Positions 10,671-22,669 are shown, numbered from the stretch's first letter. The stretch: 64,000 nucleotides of DNA from Sedimentisphaerales bacterium (GCA_963663965.2 CAXXFK010000028.1:224001-288000); one strand, 5' to 3'. The notes: generated from the sequence alone by a model not told the origin. Numbers and translations: made by a program.

Positions 10671-10997
10671 TTATTCCATGGCTTTTTCTTCGGCTGAGGA
10701 TAGCTCTTTGAGCTGGTCACAGGGGTAGTCGCGGCAGGAGGTACAACTCTCAAGGTTCTTCTGTCTGGCGCAGTTTCTGATGGCGCAATCCGTATTGAAG
10801 AACCTTCCGGATGTGGCTTTACAGCCGTCGCAATCGGCGATGTCTTCGGGGTGGCAATGATGGCCGTAGATTGTCTCGATCTGCCGGGCGATTTCTGTCC
10901 TCATTTCCAGACGCTTGTGCTCATCGTCCAGCCGGGTAGCCAGATAGATGGCGCAACCCTGGCAGGTCCCGCCGCAATAGGATGTTTGTTCGGCCAT
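10671..10997 (-). CDS. DUF3795 family Cys-rich protein
   Basis: YCGGTCQGC, CDGC, CAIRNC, CTSCRDYPC. Confidence 0.85.
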   Translation of the reverse strand: MAEQTSYCGGTCQGCAIYLATRLDDEHKRLEMRTEIARQIETIYGHHCHPEDIADCDGCKATSGRFFNTDCAIRNCARQKNLESCTSCRDYPCDQLKELSSAEEKAME

Positions 10998-11070
10998 TTT
11001 AATTTAGTTTCCTTTCAAGCAGGTTTTTCTGGACGAAGCTACGAATCAGGCGGATACAAAATCGGCTGGA

Positions 11071-12999
11071 TCAGCCAATGATTGGTTTACTGTCCGATAG
11101 GTCTAAAATCTCAATCAGTCGTTTTTTTCTGACGTGCCGGTTTCGCAGATCGTTTAAATAGTTTTTCCATTCCGTTAGTTTTTTACACCGTTTCATGATC
11201 TTTTCCGCTTTTCGCAAATATCGAACGGCCTGTTCGTACGCGCTGGGTTTGGTCTGATTGATAAGACCTTCAGCGATGGTTTGCCAGATCGCGACGGCAC
11301 GTTCCGGAGCATGCTCCTCAATGGCAACGGCAATTCTGTCATCTCCAATACTTATCCAATTTCTATTGTTCTTTAATGATTGATCATACCAGAAAAGCAC
11401 CCGGTCCGGTTGTTTTTCCTTAATAGCGATATCGATAAGCTTATTGAGCATCGGGAAAGTCTTGGCAGATAACTTGTCCGGTTTAAATTGGCTGGATTTA
11501 CCCAGCGGCCACTTTTTATGCTGCCAGGGCAATTGACCTTTTTCCAGATACAGCAACAGGGATTCTCGAACCGCCGGCCAGGTTTTAGTCTTTTTAGTAG
11601 CCTTTTGGCATTCGGCATAAGACTCTGTTGAGGGATACCGAACAAATTCTTCGGCTTGCATCATGGCCACGGCAGCCCAATCCTTTTGCGATGAACGAAT
11701 CTCCTTCAGACTGTTTCTCAATCTGGAAGCGATTCCCGGCTCCGTATTTTCGGTTTTTTTTATGCCTTCCTGAATCCAGCGTTCGGCATCTTCGTGCTTT
11801 TTATCCGAAATCAGATATTGCACCAGCCGGATATAGTTGCCGGTCTTTGAGACTTCGGCTTCGCACAACGGGATGACTTCATTCTCTCTGCCGGCCTGAT
11901 CCAGGGCATAGATAATCCAGTCGATCAGCCGGTCTCTCGCATACTTCCAATGATAATCGTTGGGCCCGTTTGAAGATTTTGCCTGTTTGAGCCGTTTGAG
12001 TAAACGGTCAGCCAGATGACTCCAATCCGCCTGGGCGTGCTTGCGCTCAAGATAATCCTCGAAGGCGTTTAATATATCGTAGTCATCTTTCAGCACGGTA
12101 TCGACCGCCCAGGCCAGTTTGTCAACGCCGGACAGGGAAGACGCTTCCAGCGCCCGGACCAGGATCGGCACACAATCCTCTATTTCCATGGCGGTGTCGC
12201 CATCGTCATCGCTTTGCTCAACCTGCTGGATGCCCAGGTCGATCAGCTCTGCGCCCAACGATAATAGCTGATCCTGATGCCCTGCTTCCAACAGCCTTTC
12301 AAACTGCTTACGGATCGCGGAATAATCCGGTGTATAACCATCGTGGTTCCAATAATCTTGCCATCCGGGCTCGCTGGATATTTTACGGATATCGTTCCGC
12401 AAACGATTCACTAAAGTTTTTGTGTCTCCGGATGAAAGCTGTTGGCGGTCGGTCAATTCCTGGGCCAGGCCGGGAAATTTGCCCGCCAGTTCCACGATCA
12501 GTTCGCCCAGTTGCGCTTTGGTTTTATTCTTAAGAAAAGCGGCGATGTCGGTTTTCTCTTTGGGGGTCAGTGTGGATTCCTCGTCCTCCTCGTCCTCATC
12601 TTCATCATCCTCGTCGAACTCATCGTCACCCTCGTCCCAGCGCTCATCGTCGAATAGCTTGAGTCGTTCATCGTCGCCGGCCGCCAGGGGCACCTTCTTT
12701 TTCTGTTTGACCTGCTCCAGGTATTCCAGTACAACGGCGACCCCGTGTTTGCAGTCATATTCATACGGGCAGGTACAGACCGATTCCGGCAGGCCGTCTT
12801 CATCAATGGTCACCTGGGTAGCATACCGGTGGGTGCCGTCCACCCAGGCGATCAGGCCGCCATTGTCCAACCGCGCCAGATGGGACACCAGCTTCTGCCG
12901 CTGATAACTTTTGCCCCGGCCGACAATCGTACTGCCCGCCCAGCGTTGCAGGTCGTTCCAAGATAGCTGAGCGAAGGGATCGGATTTTTTTCTGGCCAT
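11071..12999 (-). CDS. SWIM zinc-finger domain protein
   Basis: RGKSY, CTCPYEYDCKHGVAV (CxC-xn-CxH), acidic linker, helical C-terminus. Confidence 0.85.
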   Translation of the reverse strand: MARKKSDPFAQLSWNDLQRWAGSTIVGRGKSYQRQKLVSHLARLDNGGLIAWVDGTHRYATQVTIDEDGLPESVCTCPYEYDCKHGVAVVLEYLEQVKQKKKVPLAAGDDERLKLFDDERWDEGDDEFDEDDEDEDEEDEESTLTPKEKTDIAAFLKNKTKAQLGELIVELAGKFPGLAQELTDRQQLSSGDTKTLVNRLRNDIRKISSEPGWQDYWNHDGYTPDYSAIRKQFERLLEAGHQDQLLSLGAELIDLGIQQVEQSDDDGDTAMEIEDCVPILVRALEASSLSGVDKLAWAVDTVLKDDYDILNAFEDYLERKHAQADWSHLADRLLKRLKQAKSSNGPNDYHWKYARDRLIDWIIYALDQAGRENEVIPLCEAEVSKTGNYIRLVQYLISDKKHEDAERWIQEGIKKTENTEPGIASRLRNSLKEIRSSQKDWAAVAMMQAEEFVRYPSTESYAECQKATKKTKTWPAVRESLLLYLEKGQLPWQHKKWPLGKSSQFKPDKLSAKTFPMLNKLIDIAIKEKQPDRVLFWYDQSLKNNRNWISIGDDRIAVAIEEHAPERAVAIWQTIAEGLINQTKPSAYEQAVRYLRKAEKIMKRCKKLTEWKNYLNDLRNRHVRKKRLIEILDLSDSKPIIG

Positions 13000-13422
13000 G
13001 GATTGTTCCTTTTTATTAGGGTAGTCACGCGATGGTAATTCGATACCAACGCTTGCCGGCTATAGGAATAGCATTTGCAGTTATTCAGTGGCGATTGCGA
13101 ATATTTTACCACACATTGCGAGATTGTCAAACAAGGCAAATCAGGGTTTTTCTAATCATGTATGCAAGTATAACGAACGGCTAGAACTGGAAATTTTTAT
13201 TAATCGCCAAGATATTATGAGTGTGTGTGTTGGGATTAACGACGACATGAAAAAAAATGGAATGTCCAGAGACGGGGTTAGCTGTTGTCTGCGTCTTGTT
13301 CAACAATTCAATGGGTAAGTGTTGAAATGTCAGCAGATTGCAATAATCTGGCCAAGTTATCTGTTATCTTGTTGAGCGTTGCTATTTATTCATCAAGTCA
13401 ATAATATTCATGGTTGATTGTT

Positions 13423-16400
13423 ATGAAAATGGTTCGTCTGATCTTTTGTATAAATATTATTTTGTTATCCTGGTCATTGGCCGGTACCTTGTCGAGTGAT
13501 TTTGCCAGTCCGCCGGTGGATTATCTGCCGGAGACGTGGTTTCATCTGATTGGTGGTAATGTGGCGAAGCCCGGTTTGACGGCGGATCTGGAGGCGGTTA
13601 AGGGGGCCGGATTTGCCGGGATCCATTTATTTCATGGCCAGTTTGGCGGACCCTGGCCGGGGGTGGAACCGCAGGTGGTCTGTCTGAGTCCGTTGTGGGA
13701 TGGTATGATCGGACATGTGGCCGAGGAGTGCCGGCGGCTGGGGCTGACGTTTACCATGCAGAACTGTCCCGGCTGGGCGATGTCCGGCGGGCCGTGGATC
13801 AGTCCGGAACTGGCGATGCGTGAGTTGATTTGCAGCCGCGAGACGATCCAGGGCGGGGGCGAGATAGTGGTCAAGCTCGCACAACCGGAGCCGAGTCAGG
13901 AGCCGTGGCGTGACTATCGGGATATCGCGGCGCTGGCTTTTCCTACGCCGTTGGGTGGCGAGGGGGTGGTACTAAAGCCGGTGCGGGTTACCAGTAACCG
14001 GCCGGAGTTTGCCAGTGACAATCTGTTTTCGGGTCAGCGTAATGCCCGGCTGCGGTTGGAACCGGGCCAGGGGCTGCTTCAGCTGGAGGTGCGTTTTGAC
14101 CGGGAGGTTACGTTGCGCAGTCTGGAACTGCCATCCGTTGCGCAAATGACATTTAACCGGGAATACGATCCGGGTATCAAGGTGCTGATCGCGGTTCCGC
14201 AGGGTCAGCAGTGGGGGGAGGTGGCGCGCCGGGTGGTTCCGCGCAGTAACTGGCAGGATAATAAGCCGCTGACACTGGCGGTTTCTGAGGTGACCGGTCA
14301 GGTTTTTCGGATCAGCTTTGAAGTCGCCCGGCCGGTTGTGCTCGATTATCTTGACCTATCCTCGATAGCGCGGATCGATGACTGGCAGGGGCAGGGGGGC
14401 TATGTCCTGCGGAACCTGGACCGGAGTTTTCAGCCGCAACAGTCGCGGGCCGGCTGGCTGCGGGCGGATGACATTATTGACCTGAGCGAAAAAGTGGATG
14501 GGGATGGGGTGTTGCACTGGCAGGCGCCGGAAGGCAACTGGACGGTGCTGCGGTTCGGGCACGTCAATACCGGGGCAAAAAATGGCCCGGCTCCGGCTGA
14601 GGCCACCGGATTTGAATGCAACAAACTCGACAAGGCCGGCGCGGAGGCGCATTTTGCTGGTTATATTGGCAGGCTGATTGCGGCCGGCGGGCCGGTTGGG
14701 CCGGGCCGGCTGGATGGCATGTTAACGGACAGTTGGGAATGCCATACCCAGACCTGGACCGGGGCCATGGTGCAGGAGTTTGCCGCCCGGCGTGGGTATG
14801 CATTGCGGACCTGGCTGCCGGCGCTGGCCGGGTGGGTGATTGAGGACCATCTGACCAGCGAGCGTTTTTTGCGGGATTGGCGGGCGACGATCAGTGATCT
14901 GCTGGTTGAGAATTATTTTGGCCGGCTGGCCGAGCTGGGGCATGACAGCGGTTTAACAATTTCCTTTGAGACGGCGCTGGGCGATGTGAGTCCCGGCGAT
15001 ATCTTGCAGTATTACAGCCGGGCCGATATTCCCATGTGTGAGTTCTGGCAGCCCAATTGTCCGCAATGGGGCGGACTGGAGACCAAGCCCATACTGCCGG
15101 CGGCTTCGGCCACGCATATTTATGGAAAAAAAACGGCTGGCGGCCGAGGCATTCACCAATACCATGTTGCGCTGGGATGAACACCCATTCGCGTTGAAGC
15201 ATATGGCGGATCGGCATTTCGCCCTGGGGGTGACTCACCTGGTGTTTCATACCTATACCCATAATCCCCGCCTGGATGTGGCGCCCGGGACTTCGTTTGG
15301 CGCTTTTATCGGCACACCGTTTTTGCGGGGCCAGACCTGGTGGAAGAGTATGCCGCTTTTCACCGCCTATCTGGCGCGCTGCGGGTTTATGCTCGAGCAG
15401 GGCAATCCGGTGGCTGATGTGCTCTGGTACCTGGGCGATGAACTGGACCACAAACCGCGTCAGGACAGCCCGTTTCCGGATGGCTATCGTTTCGATTATG
15501 TGAATTACGACGCCCTGGCCCATCAGATCGATGTGCAGGGTCGTCTCCTGCGCAATTCGAGCGGTATCACCTGGCAGGTTCTCTGGCTGCCGCCGCAGAC
15601 TTGCGGGCGTCTGACGCCGCAGACGTTGCAGCGGCTTATTGAACTGGTGGAAAAGGGGGCGACTGTTCTGGCGGCGCCGCCGATGGCGAATGCGACCCTG
15701 GCGGGTGGTGTGGAAAATCAGGCGTTTGCCGAAATGGTTCGTCGGTTATGGGGAGAGCATCCGGCGGAAAAGGGAGATCGGACTATCGGCGGCGGAAGGT
15801 TGCTGTGGGGTTTGGAGTTGAAAGAGGCGCTGGAGTTGCTGGCGATTGGTCCGGATTTTGTCAGTGCGGGCGGACTGGAATGTTGCCATCGCCGCAGTGA
15901 AAATGCGGATATTTACTTTATTGCGGCCGGAAGGGATGCGCCGCTAACGGGGAATGTGGGCTTTCGCTGTCAGGGCCCGGTGGCGTTCTGGGATCCACTG
16001 GCCGGGATGAACGAGCCTGTTACCTTGCTCTCGCGCCAGGGAGAGTATACTTATGTTTCGCTTAATTTACCGGCCGGAGGTTCCACTTTTGTGGTCTTTG
16101 ATCGAGCGGGAAGTTCCGATACGCGATGGTTTAGCAAGATTGAGTTTGATGGGCAGACCATCGTGGATGCCGGGGACAGGACCAGGCTGGCCAGTGGCAG
16201 GCCCGGCAGAGTGCAGGGATTGACCGGTGGCCAGGAGAACCAGCCCTGGGTGGATTATCCATTGGTTCAATACGATATAGTGGCCGGGGGCCGGCAATTG
16301 CTGGGCCGGCTTGATGGCCATTATCAATTAACCACGGGTGATGGCCAGGTAGTTGAGGTTAATATTGCCGGGGCACGACAGAGGACTCTTGATGGTCCGT

Positions 16401-16879
16401 GGCGACTGACGTTTCCTGCCGGCTGGGTGGCTGAGGAAAACCAGCATATTACCCTGGCTAAGCTGATCCCATGGTCCAAACTGGATGATCCGGAGAGCCG
16501 GGCTTTTTCGGGTACGGCTGCGTATGAGTGCACCGTGGATGTTGCCGCGATTGATCCGGATGAGCGGGTGATGCTGGATCTGGGCAAGGTGTGTCATATC
16601 GCTTCGGTCAGTGTGAATGGCAAAGCAGTGGCCGAAAAATGGGCGGCGCCGTTTCGATTTGATATCAGCGGATTTCTGGTAAAAGGGGTCAATACGATTA
16701 CGGTTCAGGTGACAAATACCTGGTACAACCGACTGATCTATGATGCCTCCTTACCGGAAGAACAACGAAAGACCTGGACGATCCACGCGCCGGGCCCCCA
16801 GACGCCAATGCAGGAGGCCGGTTTAGTCGGACCGGTGATGCTTCATTGGGGCAAGTTGGTTGATTTGAATGGCGAATAA
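13423..16879 (+). pseudogene. GH106 alpha-L-rhamnosidase-like glycoside hydrolase, split by one +1 frameshift (probably an assembly error)
   Basis: GWAMSGGPWI, DSWE, IPMCEFW, HIYGK|KRLAAEAFT junction at A8 run 15126-15133; removing one A joins ORFs 13414..15180 and 15038..16879. Confidence 0.85.
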
Positions 16880-16883
16880 GTTA

Positions 16884-18203
16884 TTATCTGCCTGACAGCC
16901 AATAATCAATGATAATCTGCAAATCATCAATAGAAACCATTCCATCTAATGGTTCAAATAAATCGGCTGAGGATTCGGCTGACGCTCTTAACCATTGAGA
17001 AGACAAAGCCGCAACATCTTCAAAGTCAACACCATAGCTGCCTGCGATATCACCGGGAATGTCTTTCTGCCACCAAAGCATCGGGTAACCCATTATATTA
17101 AATGGCATATGCCAGGTCTCTTCCGGGCCGTTTGCGGTTTCAGCATTGAAATCCCAACCGACATTCAAGAAGGTGTTTATATCCTGCATCTGGGCCGTGG
17201 TTTTGCCGATTGCCCCGAAATAATTCTCTCCTGGCCGGCCGATGCCAGAGGTTCCAACATTCCAGAAACTATTAACAATTGTGCCTATATATTGCCAACA
17301 CAGGCCGCCAACACCTACTTCCCCAGCCACAGGCCCAGTTGAATAGCACTGCGATATCGTGCCGGAATTCTCTCCACACAGGCCGCCGATACCCCACTCA
17401 TCCCCTGTCACAGACCCGTTTGCATAGCACTGCGATATTGTGCCGTAATTCTCTCCGCATAAACCGCCGACAAAATCATGCCCTGTTACAGAGCCAGTCG
17501 CGTAACATTGTGTTATCGTGCCTTCATAATGCCATCCGCACAGGCCGCCGGCATATTTTTCACCTCCTGTTATATTACCGGTCGCATAACATAGCGATAT
17601 CGTACCTCCATCATTCTCTCCGCACAAGCCGCCGATATAACTCCTGCCCTTCACAGAACTGGTCGTGTAACACTGTGTTATCGGGCCAGAATTTATTCCA
17701 CACAAACCGCCGACAAAATAATAATTACCCGTTACAGATCCTGTCACATAGCACTGTGTTATCGTGCCATATTTCTTTCCACACAGGCCGCCGACACAAT
17801 CAACACCTTTAATCCTGACATTTTCAATACCAAGATTAGTGATGACAGCGCTGGAATGAAGATAACCAAACAAGCCTAGGTTAGATTCCCCTTCGACTGT
17901 CAGGTTTCTGATGATATGACCGTTTCCATTAAAATGACCATTATATCGGTCATTATTATTCGGCCCTATTGGAGCTTTTGGATATATACCTGCGGCAGTA
18001 AGGTCGAGATCGGTATCCAACCTGGTATAAATTTCGTTAGCCCAATAGCTGTTACTGCCACAGAATGCCTGAAAGTCGGCGAAATCCTCGATTACAAACG
18101 GATCTGTCTGGGTTCCTGAACCGGGTAAAATTCCCTGAGCGGCCAGAGCAATGCTAGAAATCAGACCTAATACGACCAGTGAAAAAAGTTCCGATAAACG
18201 CAT
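16884..18203 (-). CDS. Secreted GLUG-repeat protein with C-terminal dockerin-like module
   Basis: Signal peptide; GSGTQTDPFVI; about six ITQCYxTGxVTG..VGGLCG repeats; DLFEPLDGMVSIDDLQIIIDYWL. Confidence 0.85.
   Translation of the reverse strand: MRLSELFSLVVLGLISSIALAAQGILPGSGTQTDPFVIEDFADFQAFCGSNSYWANEIYTRLDTDLDLTAAGIYPKAPIGPNNNDRYNGHFNGNGHIIRNLTVEGESNLGLFGYLHSSAVITNLGIENVRIKGVDCVGGLCGKKYGTITQCYVTGSVTGNYYFVGGLCGINSGPITQCYTTSSVKGRSYIGGLCGENDGGTISLCYATGNITGGEKYAGGLCGWHYEGTITQCYATGSVTGHDFVGGLCGENYGTISQCYANGSVTGDEWGIGGLCGENSGTISQCYSTGPVAGEVGVGGLCWQYIGTIVNSFWNVGTSGIGRPGENYFGAIGKTTAQMQDINTFLNVGWDFNAETANGPEETWHMPFNIMGYPMLWWQKDIPGDIAGSYGVDFEDVAALSSQWLRASAESSADLFEPLDGMVSIDDLQIIIDYWLSGR
17290..17800 (-). 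repeat. Intragenic tandem repeats (about 81-87 nt) encoding GLUG-type units
   Basis: Recurrent CACAGGCCGCC / CACAAACCGCC and ATAGCACTGCGATATCGTGCC blocks. Confidence 0.8.
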
Positions 18204-18418
18204 AAACCTTGCTCCTTTAGAATCTTAAAATTTCTTATCACCAAAAATGATCGCTAAGCGAGCAACCATTACCACAATTTTACGACTGTCGGACGAGAAA
18301 TTCTCTAATATCCTCAATCGTAGATTTCATAAATAACCTTCAAAATGTCATATTACCAGAATAGCAAAAATATCTAATATTTCAATATATTTTTTTGTTA
18401 CGTACCCCCGAATTCTTC

Positions 18419-18856
18419 TTAAATTACAAATGGGATCAGTGTTTTTGTGGTCCGTTTATACTCGGCGTATTCAGGATATCTGGCTATTAAGAGGCTTTCT
18501 TCGTAACGGAATTTGAACCAGAGATCCAGAAATAAAATCAGCCAGTAGCCAACCCGTAATGGGGTGGTGTTGGTCAACAGCAGCATCAGGGTGATGAGCA
18601 AGACCGCGGCATACATGGGGTGCCGTATCCACCGATAAGGTCCGGATGTGACCAGCGGGCTGGTTTCTTTCAAGTCGGGAAAGACATTCAGATTTCGCAA
18701 TTTCATCGTTGCTAATGCCCAGATCATCAAAGCAACCCCGCCGATGACACCGGTCCAGATCAAGAGATTTGTGTTGGGTTTGGAAGTGAGTCCAATGATA
18801 ATGATAAAAACACCCTGGATTAAAACAAAAAGATATGACAGCAGGTTAGTTCGCAT
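18419..18856 (-). CDS. Isoprenylcysteine carboxyl methyltransferase (ICMT/PEMT) family membrane protein
   Basis: LVTSGPYRWIRHPMY, EESLL...Y.EY. Confidence 0.9.
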   Translation of the reverse strand: MRTNLLSYLFVLIQGVFIIIIGLTSKPNTNLLIWTGVIGGVALMIWALATMKLRNLNVFPDLKETSPLVTSGPYRWIRHPMYAAVLLITLMLLLTNTTPLRVGYWLILFLDLWFKFRYEESLLIARYPEYAEYKRTTKTLIPFVI

Positions 18857-19176
18857 GGATTCTATATGAAAAAATAAATGATTATTGTCTATGGGTTTAC
18901 GTTCAGGATATTCAGTCCCCTATTTGCTCGTTTTGGTCAATTATACCATCTTAGTAATATTGTATCATGCCTGACAGATCAGGTCAATCGAGGATTTGGT
19001 TGTCATTCAGGGATACGGATGGAACTTTACGCATATCTTTCCCTGAAAGAATAAATTCCCATCGGATAAAACCATTGCATAAACGGATTGGGGGCTTATA
19101 ATTATTGATGAGAAACAGCCTCTCGGTGGCTGAAAGGGTGTCTGTATTGCTCCAAATTGTACTGGAGAGTATTTCA

Positions 19177-20778
19177 ATGAAAAAAGCAATTACGATTCTT
19201 CTTGCCATGTTTTTAACTTCAGTCTGCTTGTCTAAGGCGCGCGGCGCTCAAGGGCCTTATCAGACAGAAACCTGGGTGGGCACTAATTATACGCCGGCTT
19301 ATTGTGTGAATCAGGTCCAGATGTGGCATGAGTTCCGGCCGGAGGTGATCGAGCGAGAGCTGGTCGCGGCCCGGAGATATTACGGCTTGACTACCTTGCG
19401 GGTCTATCTGCACAATCTGGTTTTTGATGCGGAAAAGGAATTACTGTTTGAACGCATGGACCGGTTTCTGGGTATTTGTGATCGAAATGGGATTAGACCG
19501 GGATTTACCTTTTTTGACGATTGTCACCGACATGAAGGGATCACGCTGGAGTCATTGCCCCCGGTAAAGGGATATCATAACGGGCGCTGGGCGGCCTGCC
19601 CGCAGGATCGGGAGCGAACGGAAGATAATTTTCCAAAATTTGAGCGTTATGTCAAAGAGACGATCGGTCGATTCCGCGATGACCCCCGGGTATTGTGGTG
19701 GGAGACGTTTAATGAGCCCAATCTGGCAAGAGCCGATACGCAAAAAATCTTAAAACTTGCCCGCGAAGCCGCCGAGGCTGCTGAGCCGACCCAGCCGATT
19801 ATCTGCTGCTGGGAAGATAATGAGTATACGGATATTGTCAACGTGCATAACTATACTGCGAATTTTTCCGCCTGGGCAAAAAAGACAGAGATGAATCTTC
19901 AGAAAGGGTGTGTGTTTACTGAGGCGGGCGCCCGGTGGTACGCACCACGAACCAGTAGCGGCGAACCGGTTGAAATTATTGACTGGCTCAGTCAACGCAA
20001 GCAATCCGGCCGATATGTTCCGGGCGTTTATCTCTGCTGGGAGTTGTTTGTCGGGAATTCCAATTGCCGCTGGTATTGGGGAACTCCGGAGGGCGCGCCC
20101 GAGCCGACAGTGCCCTGGTGTGGATTAATGTGGCCGGATGGTACGCCGGTTTCCTGGGCGGAAGCGGAAGCGATTTATCATTATACAACCGGTAAAAGCC
20201 GGGCGTTATTTTTTGATGATTTCCAGAAGATAGATTATCAGGAACGAATGTATCCGGGCTGGGATCTATTCAATGCCGCGAAGAATTCCAACGACAGTCG
20301 GGTCTTGAAGCTGGATGCGAATATGAAAATGATCACCGGTGATCCGGCCTGGGATAATTACCTGTTGGAAGCGGTTGTCATGCTCAAGGAGTCCAATGGC
20401 AATGCCGGATTGCTGTTCCGGGTGCAGGACGCTCAGGATGGCAAAGATAATCTGCATGGCTATTATGTTGGTTTTGACAGCAAGATTCTGTATTTTGGTA
20501 AGTTTGATAAAGGCTGGAAAGAGTTGGAACGGTTCGATCTGGGGACACTGGATTGCCAGGTCAAGCCGGATGTCTGGAATCTGATGCGTATTGAAGCGAA
20601 AGGGAACCGTTTCAAAATCTATTTTAATCGCATGCATCCGGTATCGGATGAAAATAACGGGCTTCGAATAGATTATACCGATACGGATCATCCGATTCCA
20701 AGAGGCAAAATAGGAGTCCGAACGCATAACTTAGATGCATGGTTTGATAATGTGGTGGTGATGCCTTTGGAAGACTGA
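19177..20778 (+). CDS. Secreted GH5-like (clan A) glycoside hydrolase with C-terminal DUF1080/ConA-like domain
   Basis: GTNYTP, LRVYLH, WETFNEP, VFTE; C-terminal GNAGLLFR...GKIGVRT...FDNV; GGAG SD. Confidence 0.8.
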   Translation: MKKAITILLAMFLTSVCLSKARGAQGPYQTETWVGTNYTPAYCVNQVQMWHEFRPEVIERELVAARRYYGLTTLRVYLHNLVFDAEKELLFERMDRFLGICDRNGIRPGFTFFDDCHRHEGITLESLPPVKGYHNGRWAACPQDRERTEDNFPKFERYVKETIGRFRDDPRVLWWETFNEPNLARADTQKILKLAREAAEAAEPTQPIICCWEDNEYTDIVNVHNYTANFSAWAKKTEMNLQKGCVFTEAGARWYAPRTSSGEPVEIIDWLSQRKQSGRYVPGVYLCWELFVGNSNCRWYWGTPEGAPEPTVPWCGLMWPDGTPVSWAEAEAIYHYTTGKSRALFFDDFQKIDYQERMYPGWDLFNAAKNSNDSRVLKLDANMKMITGDPAWDNYLLEAVVMLKESNGNAGLLFRVQDAQDGKDNLHGYYVGFDSKILYFGKFDKGWKELERFDLGTLDCQVKPDVWNLMRIEAKGNRFKIYFNRMHPVSDENNGLRIDYTDTDHPIPRGKIGVRTHNLDAWFDNVVVMPLED

Positions 20779-20845
20779 TCTTGTTTGAACTGGACATAGC
20801 AAAGGTATTTCGAGCAGTTTATTTTGTTATAAGGTGTAAAGTGGC

Positions 20846-22669
20846 ATGACAAATATGAAGTTGTTGTGGTTTAGTTTTCTTTTGTTATTGATTATTCCAG
20901 TGAAATTTACAATGGGGGATAAACCCCCCGTATCGACATCATCTGCAGACTCGTCGGTATGGGTGGGCAGAAAGCTTTTTCCCCAATTAACCGATGGTAT
21001 CTACAATGCTTCCGGGCGTCTGGTTTTGAATTGCCAGATTGCCCCTGATGGCCTGACGGTGACGGATACTGCCTGGTTTGAATACCGCCCTCCGGAGGGG
21101 AAAGGAAAACGGTGGAGTTTCAACCAGACGCCTTATTCTCATGAGCCACTGGTCAACTATCGCTTTGATGATCAATTCGCAGGATTACAGGTCACGATAA
21201 ACGTTGAGATTTATAATTTATCGAATATCTGGGAAGTGTCAGAAAGTTATCAGGAGATTTTGCAGCTTGGGGGAGAGGTCAAGGCGGATCTGCCGGACTG
21301 GTTCAAAGTTCCCCAGGATCGACTGTCGTATGATTTTGATGAAGGAGCGTGGTTTCCCTCAGGCTGGACTTTGCCGAAGGGGAAATATGCCTGCTGGGAA
21401 GGCGCCGCCAAATACCGGCAGAGCGATCGTAACGGCAGACACCCCATGCTGGATTTTGGTTTTACCCATGTCGCTGAAAACACCATTTCGGCTGGCGGTC
21501 ATATGCCTGACAAAAAGCATCAGTGCCGGGTGTTTGGCGATGCCGAATGGCTGGATATGTCGAGAGGAGGCGATTACCAGCTCTGGCACAATGATGGCTG
21601 GAAACATCGGGGCGAACGGATGGAGATTGTTATTCCCGACTTTGAAAACGCCGATCACTGGAAGTGGAACCAGCAGCAATTCGATCGATTTCGTGATCTG
21701 GTGGCCGATTTCAAACTGGCCAGACCAGACTGCCTGTTGGGATGTTGGGGAGTTGGGGTAGTCAATCATTCATTGCGGATATTTGATCATATCGACGCCA
21801 ATGGCCGGCCAACCGGCGTGGTCAATCTGGAGGCGGCGGAGCAGTGGGCCAATAAATATAAAAAACCTGAAGGTGAATTGAACCGGATATTCGATTATTG
21901 TGGATTAAACTTCGGCAATCCGAGCATCTATTGGCTTAATGGCGGCAACCCGGCTCATTTATATGCTGTCGTTCAGGAATGGGAAGTGGGCAAGATTGCC
22001 CGGCCTGAAATTGCCAATGTGATATCGACATGGATACAGACCGAGTTTGTCGATGGATATCCTCTTTCAACCTATCGTTTCAAGACTCCTGATGGGAACT
22101 TTCAATGGCGAGGGATCAAGCACCAGGCGCCTCCCTCGCTGGTTTATGCCCTGTCTTTGTTTGCCCATTGCCGGATGGATGGGGCCTACTGCTGGGAAAC
22201 CGGAACCATTTATTCGGAAGATGTCGCAGATGCGGGTGAACTCGGTGAAGGAGGCATGCAGATTCCGGTGCGACGCACTTTCCATGGCGTTGACAAGGAT
22301 ATATATTACTATATCAAATACTTTGGATTCTATAATTACCATGTACTGGGGATGTGGCAGGCCAGTCAGAATCAAGATATTATTAATGCCGATACCCAGT
22401 GGTTTATGCCGGAGTTGCACAGTTCAACGGGCAGCCTGTGGCGGACCGACCTGAATCGCTATCCCAGTTACTGTAATTATTACCACGAGCCGCTGGTCAG
22501 GGCGAAGTACAGTGAGGATAAAAGTGAACTGCTGGTCATTGCCTGCAATCCGTACAACCGTGCGATTCAGCAGGTTCGAATCCGGGAGCCCAATACCGAT
22601 CAAGAAGTAGTCTTTGAGTTGATTGGTGATTATCCGGTAATTAAGAGGTACAAGATCGAGCCGGACTAA
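20846..22669 (+). CDS. Secreted hypothetical protein, possible TIM-barrel glycoside hydrolase
   Basis: 607-aa ORF, signal peptide, aromatic-rich, PDFE motif, CAZyme neighbours. Confidence 0.6.
   Translation: MTNMKLLWFSFLLLLIIPVKFTMGDKPPVSTSSADSSVWVGRKLFPQLTDGIYNASGRLVLNCQIAPDGLTVTDTAWFEYRPPEGKGKRWSFNQTPYSHEPLVNYRFDDQFAGLQVTINVEIYNLSNIWEVSESYQEILQLGGEVKADLPDWFKVPQDRLSYDFDEGAWFPSGWTLPKGKYACWEGAAKYRQSDRNGRHPMLDFGFTHVAENTISAGGHMPDKKHQCRVFGDAEWLDMSRGGDYQLWHNDGWKHRGERMEIVIPDFENADHWKWNQQQFDRFRDLVADFKLARPDCLLGCWGVGVVNHSLRIFDHIDANGRPTGVVNLEAAEQWANKYKKPEGELNRIFDYCGLNFGNPSIYWLNGGNPAHLYAVVQEWEVGKIARPEIANVISTWIQTEFVDGYPLSTYRFKTPDGNFQWRGIKHQAPPSLVYALSLFAHCRMDGAYCWETGTIYSEDVADAGELGEGGMQIPVRRTFHGVDKDIYYYIKYFGFYNYHVLGMWQASQNQDIINADTQWFMPELHSSTGSLWRTDLNRYPSYCNYYHEPLVRAKYSEDKSELLVIACNPYNRAIQQVRIREPNTDQEVVFELIGDYPVIKRYKIEPD

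Noticed and set aside
12575..12655. TCN trinucleotide-rich tract and a poly-Ser ORF
   Set aside because: Antisense of the Asp/Glu linker of the SWIM protein
17290..17800. CRISPR-like periodic repeats
   Set aside because: In-frame degenerate protein repeats with no unique spacers and no cas genes
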